Of a stretch of 64,000 nucleotides of DNA, positions 55,126-64,000 are shown one piece after another. The notes beneath the pieces were generated by a model, which did not search any database, was not told the DNA's origin, and saw only the letters and a program-made list of their open reading frames with translations. Position numbers and translations under genes: made by a program. The DNA is from Eledone cirrhosa (Eukaryota): contig OZ024742.1 in the NCBI GenBank assembly GCA_964016885.1, positions 161,014,001-161,078,000 of the forward strand, given 5' to 3'. The stretch's first letter is position 1. Every line of letters starts with the position of its first letter.

Positions 55126-55568
55126 ACGACTGTTAATAATACTAGAAGTACAAACTATCTTGTTGAATACCTGGTATATGAAGAGCAACCGATACGATCG
55201 GTCGGAGATCGGTCTTGAAGAAGAATGAAGAATGAAATGAAATGTTAGTCTGGTTGTTGTCATCGGTGTTTCGCAGAGATGCCGGCACGAACAAAGGTGT
55301 CAGTGACACAAAGTTGTCCGCTTGAACAAAGGTGTCGGTCCGACAAAGGTGTCAGTCAGACAGACAGTCAGACAGTGTCACAGACGGTGCGACAAAGCGA
55401 TCGATGCGATTAAAACAAATTTAACTCACATGTTTACCTATATTTTCGCAAACTATTGATAGATTGGTACAAAAAATAGCTTTGATAATAAACATAAATT
55501 TTTAACGAAGTATTTAAAAAGCATTTTAGCAGTGAAAAGTGAAGTAATGTTTCACACTGACGCAAGTA

Positions 55569-55658
55569 GGGCCGTTCAGAAATGACGTAGTCAATTAGGA
55601 GGAGGGGATTCAGCGATTTGACTACATTTGACTAACGTCATTTCTGGATTACCTCCCC
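55569..55658. mobile_element. Small MITE-like inverted repeat
   Basis: TA|GGGCCGTTCAGAAATGACGTAGTCAA..TTGACTAACGTCATTTCTGGA..CCCC|TA. Confidence 0.6.
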
Positions 55659-55931
55659 TAGCGTCACGCTTACTACTCACTCACTTGAACACAAGATTTA
55701 TCAGCAAACTTTGATTATAAACGTTTTCCCGCTGGACCAAATTTTTAGATTTTTAAGCCAAAAGATGCGTAATGATCTACTGTTCATGCTCATATAAGTT
55801 TTATCTCAGTTAAATAAAGTAGAGCCGCGCTGTACTGTCGTAAACAGACGATTGCCAACGAAAACACGACCACAACAATATTACTAAACGGACTACCGTC
55901 CGTTTAGGATACATATATACATACATATATA

Positions 55932-56173
55932 TCTATATATATAAAACTGATGTTGTCAGTGTGTCCTCATTTTTGCAAATCCTATACAAATCCACTCCGA
56001 TTGACTTCAAACTTGCATTTATATATTCCTTGCGGTCTAAAGATACTAACTGCAGCTTTTATTTTTCAATTTTCTGTTGTTAAAGGGGTGTTATCGATCT
56101 CCGTCGAACTCTTATACTATCTGTCTGTATGCCTGGCTGTCTGCATAACGACATTCTGACGAACACATCATTG

Positions 56174-56266
<93 letters not shown>

Positions 56267-57968
56267 CATCTAAAGAGAGAAAGGGAGATGTAGAGAGAGA
56301 GAGTGAGATAGGCGGTTATACAGAGAGAGGTACACGATATTCAGATAGAGAGAGAGAGAGAATGGCGACGAACGCTGGTTCACACACACACACACTCACA
56401 AACACACACATATATATATATATAAAGACAGAGAGAGGGGGGAGAGATCTGCGCGTTCTTTATTGTTCTCCATTCTGTAGAGGGAGAGAGAGGGAGGGGG
56501 TATGAGTGAGAGAGAGAGAGCGAGAGAAAGAGAGAGAGAGGGTATGGGAAAACAGGGAGAGAGGGATTGAGAAAGAAAGAAAGAGAGTGAGGAACATTAA
56601 CTTTTATTTATTTATCTATTCTTTACACACTGTTCAACTCTTCCCTTTCCTCAACGTTACGTCTCTTTCTCTCTTTCACACTAGACGTACTGAGACTGTG
56701 TGTGTTATATATATTTATGTCCGCACACACACACACTCACACAAAAACGCATCTCTCTCTCTCTCTATATATAATATATTAACAAATGGAAACTATATTT
56801 ATAAAACCATATTTATTTCATTATACATATTTCAAGGACACCAAAGCAAATTATGGTGCGCTTTCATCAGATAAAATATAATATAGATCAGTTTTATAAA
56901 CAAATATTGACATACCCTTAAAAGAATGCGACCATGTCTGTTGGAAGCTCCCGAAATATGTATAATGAAATAAATATGGTTTTATAAATATAGTTACCAT
57001 TTGTTAATATATTGTATTTTTACTCCAAAAATTTGTTGAGTGCTTTATATCAGTTATAAAAATATTTGCTTGTTGTATCCCAACAAATTAAATATAATTT
57101 CTACATATATATATATATAGGAACATTGCAACCGAAGGAGAACAGGAAGACGATATTTTGGTTCGTGAAGACGTTCCCTGGCAATGAACAGAAAACAAGC
57201 GAGGATAATACGTCGTTATGTGGACCGAGAAGAACAATTTCATGCAAAGACAAGACCAAATTTATGGTATAAATGGAGTCGTTAGACTAATATTCTATTT
57301 AAAATAACAGAATGATTTCCAGCCCCGGAGTTTAAGAGTGATGTAAATAATATTGTAAACGAAAATGACAGAGGTTATTAAAATAGTAAAAGTAAATAGT
57401 GAAGATTTAGGCCAGTACATACGTATGCGTCGATGGACATGCACATACATATACATACGCACACACAAATACATACACACACACACACAAACACGCGCGC
57501 GCGCGCGCGAATGTGTGTGTGTAAACCTTATGCATTTCTACAGCATTTTCACCAAACTTAAGACATAGGTTACTTATGTACTCCGGATGGTCATGGGCAC
57601 TTTCATTTTTCCAGATATTGATTATAGCCCCCCCCCCCCCCCGGCAGATAACCCCTTTAACCACTTTAACCACTTCCTTGGAGTCGACTGAAGCACTGCA
57701 GTGCAATGCAACAAAACGTCATAACTTCTGGAGTTCGCAACCGATTTTCACAAAACTTGACACATAGGCTACGTTTGCCCTACAGATGAATGTGAACTCT
57801 CAGAATTGGCACATATTGAGTAGGGGACCCCTGGGGGCAGGAATCCCCTTTTGGAAAAAGCCGATGATTTTGTAAAACTATAGTTTTCGAAACAGCACAG
57901 AAGTATTGACATAAATGGTATACACAACTGCTATTTAATACCCGCGCAACGCCGGGTACCTCTGCTAG
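55932..57968 (+). mobile_element. Non-autonomous Helitron with internal microsatellites and a nested hammerhead element
   Basis: A|TCTATATATATAAAA start; 3' hairpin TACCCG..CGGGTA then CTAG|T. Confidence 0.75.
56775..57103. mobile_element. Fold-back hammerhead element, family A
   Basis: Hammerhead at 56814-56878 (-); the plus arm starts at the GAAA (56953) and carries the long tail. Confidence 0.85.
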
Positions 57969-58164
57969 TATATATTATATATATAAGCTATCGCCGTATT
58001 TTGACTAAAGAAATTAAAGAAATTATTTAGCCTGATAGTGGGGTTAAGAACCCTCGGAGAAATGGAAAAAGATGAATATTGACGTACATGTACTTCAATA
58101 CTCATCGGCGATAGCTTATATTTATAATTTCAAACTCGCTCGCTGTTTCGAAAATATTCTTACT

Positions 58165-58211
<47 letters not shown>

Positions 58212-58363
58212 CTTTGTCTTGATTTTTTTTTTATTGAATTTGAATTATTTTCCCATATCTTACGTTAATTATTTTCCATTTTGACGTTATAGTCACTTAT
58301 ATATTATGAAATACTGTTGGCTTCTTGCTCACATTAATTTCTATATTTTCATTTATATATATA

Positions 58364-61300
58364 CTAGCAGAAGTACGCGGCGTTGTCCGGGTGTAAGTCG
58401 ACCTTTGGTCTGTTAGAATGTGTGAAAGTTACTTCCGCGCATCACAGGTTCAAAACTTCGAACTTCAATGAAAAAAAATAGGTTAGTAGACGCAGGTGTG
58501 TAATTTATTAATTGTAGTTACACAGTGTATCGTTGAAATTGTTCTCTGCACGACTGACGGAAGTCAAAATCGCTTGATATTGAATGTTCAGTTAATTTAA
58601 AGCAGGGTGAAAATGTCGATTTTTTTTCAGGGTTTTTTTTTTTTTTACAATTTTTGCGCTCACATGTGCAGAAGAAGAATTAAAAGGGCCTTTATCTTAA
58701 CCGCGGCATAGCGGCGAGTCTTTTGTGACAGTTTTCAAGAATATCGGACGTTCCTGTAAAAAGTTTTCCCATGTGTAACTTTGCCTTGTCTTTTTGCGCA
58801 AAGTCGAGCCCCGTTTCAGTTTTATTGATTTTTTACATCAATGCGTGATCTCTGAAGTAGATTTGAGTAGCTAAACACCTGTCCCGGTAAATTTGCTAAA
58901 GGTGAAAAAAAGTTGATCAAAATTGTATCTAGGGTTATTGCCCTTTGCAACAGCCTCAACGTGTCTTCAAGTATGGTTTGTTAATTTGCTGTGGAACTAA
59001 ATCTACTTTCGTCAAATCGGACCGAGGAATCAATGTTTCCATTTCTCTTTCTAGCTAGCGTACCCGGATACACACGGGTTTATAAGGCGCTGGATTTAAA
59101 TAAATGAAGAACAAACGTTTCCTTTTGTGCTCCAATCTGTGATATTGGTATTTTGAAAAAATAGTCCACAAACATCCATGGAGCATGTGTAACGCATGTA
59201 TCAGGTTATGAGAAAAAGGGTTTTCGATTCTCCATATATAAGATACAAAAAAATTGCACGCAAATAAAACGGGATTTTAAGGCACTGCCCAATTCATAGC
59301 TGAAAGGTAAGAATCAAGTGGAATAATGTTTTGCGACATTGTCAAATGTACAACCGTACAAAAGCAAAGGATATAGCCATTGAAATCTAGGTAGACCAAA
59401 GAATTTGGTGGTGTTGTATATCACAGGATTGTTTCCCTTGTGATTCGCGTCTACTCTACAAAGTGAAGTTAGGTGATTGTAGTCGGTGTTGTATAAAAAA
59501 ATAAAAGCATACGGAAGATTGAACACTTACGAATTAAGTGAAAATCCCGTTGATATTCCTATCGGAGCAAAATGTGCCGAAAAACCTGACGGATTGTTGT
59601 GTCAATATTGAAATCGTAGAAATTGCGAATCCCGGCCTATAAGATATAATGGCTAGGCCTTGGAGGTGAAGGGGAAGAATTGGTATAAATGTTTTGCTGA
59701 ACATTTTGACCATTAATTTAAATAGACATGCGGTTTGGTTGTTTATGACCTAGAATGAGGGCCGGTTAAACGCGGCAGAAAAATAAGCCATGCTGATGAT
59801 GTTTAGGGGCGTCGCAGGGAATAGATGAGGAGTTGTGAGTCAATTGTGAGGACAGTGGATGGCATGTTGATCGCTTTAGAAGACGCGATGCTACACAGGA
59901 TGCTTCTCGGCCAAAATGAGCCTCGATGATCGCTTGAGAAGACTGGGCGCAAATCAGGATGATGCGCGGCGGTATAGTCTTGATAGTCCGTATATAAGAA
60001 ATGGAAGAATCGTCATAAAATTTTTGCTGAATATGGTGAGCGTTAATGTAAAGAGATTTACGATGGATAATCCTGATAAATTGGACGTTTTTTGCATGGC
60101 GGGAGTCGCGATAAATGGTGGCAAGAAGAATGGCGTTTTTCGGTTGCCGGATTGTGATGCTCAATGAAGCTGATAGATAACGGCGTGCGCGAAGGGATGC
60201 TTTAAGGCTCTGAATGGTGAATTGGCCCCAGGGTAGAAGATGTTAGAGATAGATGAGGTTTTTGTAAAGCAGAAAGTACTGCAGCTTAGAAGAATGGATA
60301 AGCTTTGGTGGATAAGCTTTGACTTTTCGCAGTGAAAAAGCGCTCGTGTGAGGGTAACTATGTGTTAATTCTCTAACGCCTCATGGTAGACGACGTTTTG
60401 TGTCTTGCCCTCAGGAGCATGGATGAAGAGGCTTTGTGGACTCCCGACCTTGAGCACCCAACATACAACTGGCCATGTGAAAAAACAGGTTCAGAAAGTT
60501 CTAAGCCAACCACCTGCAATGACTGCCCGTGCGCCTTGTTAATGCTCATTGCAAAGCTTAATTTCAATGGAAATTGCAGTCGTCGAAACTGAAAGGGCAT
60601 ATCAGATGGAATGAGTGGCATTCTGGGTATGAAGACATCCTCACCACTGGTTGGTCCATTTAAGACAGTAGCCTCTAAGACTTTTGACATCATGGTCTTA
60701 ATGGTCAGCCGCGTTCCGTTACACAGTTTCGGAGGGTCTAAGTTTCTTAACAGCATAACTGGAGAGCCTCTTTTAAGTAGCAAGTTATGCTGGGGAAGTC
60801 CTTGTGGTGTAAGGCTGTTTAGAAATTCAACCGGGTAATGCACCGCCTCGTCCGTGTTGGGAACAGAGTCTATGGACTTGTAACTGATGAAATCACCAGG
60901 GAGTTGTTCTAGGAGTCTAAAATTTAATGCATCCACAGTGAAATTCTTCGGCGCTAAGATTGCGCGCTCCTTCAGCCAATCGGGATCAGTGTAATTTCTG
61001 GGTAGGTAAGGAAACACCGTTGACATGAGATTTTCGGCTTTAGGTACAACATGCCCAAACGGAAGACATATAGGACCGTCATTTTCGGCAACTATAGTGC
61101 CATTGCCTATTTCCAATAGTTGCCTGAGAACACCGCGGTCTCTTCATGACCACTAAGATGGACTCGTGTTAGTTGTAAGATGCATCGTTTTTATATTTTG
61201 CCACAAGTAGGAACACTTGATGCTTGCGTTCACCTCGTCTGCCCTTGTTCCTTTCGAAATAATAGGAAGGGTCTGTCGAAAATCCCCAGCAAGCAAAACT

Positions 61301-64000
61301 GTCACGCCACCCATAAGCCGTGTATTCTGCCTAAGATCCTGAAGGGTACGGTCGAGAGCCTCGAAGGTGCCTTTATGGCTCATTGGCGCTTCATCCCAAA
61401 TGATGAGGTTGCACTCGTTCAGAATTTTGCCTTTTGTCGAGCCGCGACTGATATTGCAGGTGGGCGTTTCCCTCTTGGATAAATCTAAGGGTAGCCTAAA
61501 TAATGCATGGGCTGTACGACCGCCATGTATCAGGGTTGCCGCTATGCCACTGGAGGCCACTCCTAAAGCAATTTGTTCGCATTGCCTAACTTTAGCCAGA
61601 AGCAAGTTGATGACGAAGGTTTTGCCTGTTCCCGCCGGAGCATCAAGAAAAAAAATACCTCCCGCTCTGCAGTCAATACTGGAGATTATCATGTTGTAGG
61701 CAGTCCTCTGGTCTGACAAAAGTTGAGGCTCGTTGAGCTGTACATAAGCTGCCAAATGCACCTGGTCGTAGCTAACCTCGCGCATGTACTCGAGGTTTAA
61801 TGAACTGGATGCTTGCTGTGGTTGAGGCAAACCGAAGGTAGCGACGCCCTGACCTCCCATTGCTTGGACTCGTTTATCTAGGTCGAGTAAGGGCTCGTTG
61901 TAGATAGCAGAATAATATTCAAACCCAGCCGTAGGGTCCTGACGCTGAAGTCGGCGGAGGAAGTCTTCGGCCATGCTGTTTTTGTGTGCCTCCCAAAGCT
62001 TTAAGGGGTCACTCAAACCGCATGTCATCAGCATGATCGAAAACAGCTGGCGCAGTTGAATTGGTGCTTTGAAGGCAGTAGCCTCCTCCAAAGTCTGATC
62101 CCATTGAGCGTCATCTTCCAAGATTCCAAGTTTGGCACATGCCTCCCTATACGTAGTGCAGAGTTTGCCATTGATGCGCCGTAGCTCAGTGAAAGAAGTA
62201 GGACCCTAACACTGTGCAGCAACATACGTAAATAAAAGCACTCATGGTAATTTGGATGCACTGTGTACACCCTCCCGATGGCATCGCTTTTAAAAACGTC
62301 TTCTCCGTTCACGTGAACGCGTGCTCCCTGTCGGCGCCTGGTCCATTTATTATGTGCCCAGGTGTAGTAGGTTGGGACGTCGGCATAATGAAGCGTTTTA
62401 GCAAACGGATCTTCTTGGCACAATTGGAAGAAAGCCGTTAATTTTGTTGCAGGTGGGTTGGCCACAACGCGGCTGGCGGTTTCGTCAGTATAGTACACTC
62501 TTTGCCCATTCTCCAAGTGAATATTCAAGTTTACGACTCTTGGTGAACGCTGATGAATGTCAAAACCAAAAATCCTCCAAATCGCCTGATTGGATGAAAT
62601 GTACCTGCCGATTTGATATTGTTGTATTTCATCAGGTTGTGCCCTGCCACCTTGGAGTTCAATGACAGCCATATCCCCTCCCTTGTTTATGTACTTGCAT
62701 ATGTACTTAATGCTCTTCACCGACGTATATGACTCAACATTGATGTGAGCATTAAAAATCTTGGCAAGAAGAGGGTTATATGGTACCACCCACCTGTCTG
62801 TTGTCGAGGACAATCTCCTGCCCGTGCAGCTTTATTTTTGCTGTAGCCCCACCATCCGCGAGTGCACGTCGTCTATAGATAGGATAGCCGTCGATCCCTG
62901 TGCGTATTTCCCGTGTAAAAGGTCGTGGAAACCTTTTAGTGCACTTGTTATTCTCCATGCAAGGTGAATTAAAGTTAAGGGCGCCGCAGGGTCCGTGCAT
63001 CAATTGTTTGCTCACGGTGTTGAACAATTGCACATCGGTTTGCGGATTGGACAGTTCTGCGCAAATAATATTGTCCATGTCCGTTGGCCGTATCCTGTCC
63101 TTGCACCATATAAGGATGTGAGCATGTGGTAGTCCCCGCTTCTGCCACTCCACGGTATACATCCAAATATTTTGCCGTCTTTCAGTAGCCACATCAATTT
63201 CTTGAGTTTCTGCTGGAAGACTCTGGCTATGAGGTCGTGCATGTCACTATTCACCTGGCCCCGGAAGAGGTAGGTTTGAATTTCCTCCCATTTTGGATTG
63301 CAAGTGAGAGTGATGAAAAGATCAGGCCTGCCAAACTTACGAACGTAAGACATTGCATCCTGAGTTCTTTGGTGCATGTACCGAGGGGATCCTGTGAAAC
63401 TTGATGGAAGGATCACCTGTTGTCCGACGTTTTCGGCATAGCCATCACGAATCAGGGCGTCCTGTAAATGGATGTATTCCTCCGCACGCAGTTTCTTTTG
63501 GTTGAGTCGAATAAAAAGCAGACGTTCTGCCTCGATTTTGACAAACATATCCACAATGTATTGATTCGTCAGCTGCCTGAATCGGAGTAGCTGATTAAAA
63601 TCTCCACTCCTTACCATAAAGCGGTAGGCATAAAAGTCCATACATGAAATGGATTTCCGGGATTCACTACCATTGGAATAATTTACATGACAAAGAGCAA
63701 AATTGTATCCGTCCTCTCCGTGGGGGAATAAAAGAGGATACTGAAGGCAATCATACGATCTATGTGTCTCTGTGACAAACACCAACCGACTGTCACGGTG
63801 CTGAAGGACAATATCGCGTTTACCGTGCTCCTCGCCAACCAAAATCACTGCTACCTCATTGGTATTTGGTGCATTGAAACGACGGGCATGCTCGCCAGCT
63901 GGTCGCCTGTCAGCCCTTATAATCACCTTGATGTTCGGCGTGGTTTCAATTTGTTCCAAGGCAAACTTGAAATTGTGAACGTAGGGTTGAGTCACATGGA
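58364..64000 (-). mobile_element. Autonomous-type Helitron (RepHel), frameshifted; continues beyond the window
   Basis: Rep motifs RPDLFITLTCNPKW, VEWQKRGLPHAHIL, KYICKYINKG. Pif1 helicase motifs DAPAGTGKT, IIWDEAPM, GDFRQ, FAMSINKAHGQS, HGQLYVGCSR. 3' hairpin plus CTAG|T at 58364. Confidence 0.93.
60373..63995 (-). pseudogene. Helitron RepHel coding region split into five ORFs
   Basis: ORFs 63012-63995, 62776-63192, 62028-62813, 61153-62121 and 60373-61116 are collinear. Confidence 0.92.

Overview
AT-rich eukaryotic intergenic/intronic DNA. It is probably from a coleoid cephalopod (octopus-like), inferred from the SINE families and the very dense (TA)n/(CA)n/(ATT)n microsatellites. No host gene is convincingly visible; nearly everything is mobile DNA. 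Inventory: three diverged Tx1 (L1-clade) retrotransposons in (ATT)n, one with an intact 1139-aa ORF2; RTE LINEs (two near full length plus fragments); R4/Dong-like and CRE-like RLE remnants; about 8 tRNA-derived MetaSINE/MESC-type SINEs and a CORE-type SINE; a decayed autonomous Helitron plus non-autonomous ones; small MITEs. Three signals stand out. (1) At least 12 complete and several decayed type I hammerhead ribozymes sit in small non-coding elements inserted in (TA)n. Most are fold-back palindromes with a long and a short arm, and two show terminal redundancy or circular permutation (Penelope-pLTR/retrozyme-like). (2) A covarying 3' stem-loop with a CUUGU loop followed by an (ATT)n tail is shared by all three Tx1 copies and the SINEs, suggesting a stringent SINE-Tx1 partnership. 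(3) A compact cassette holds two convergent mini-intron genes (an SGNH hydrolase and a BACK-like ORF) next to tandem subterminal-type repeats. All motifs were read by eye; no database searches were run.
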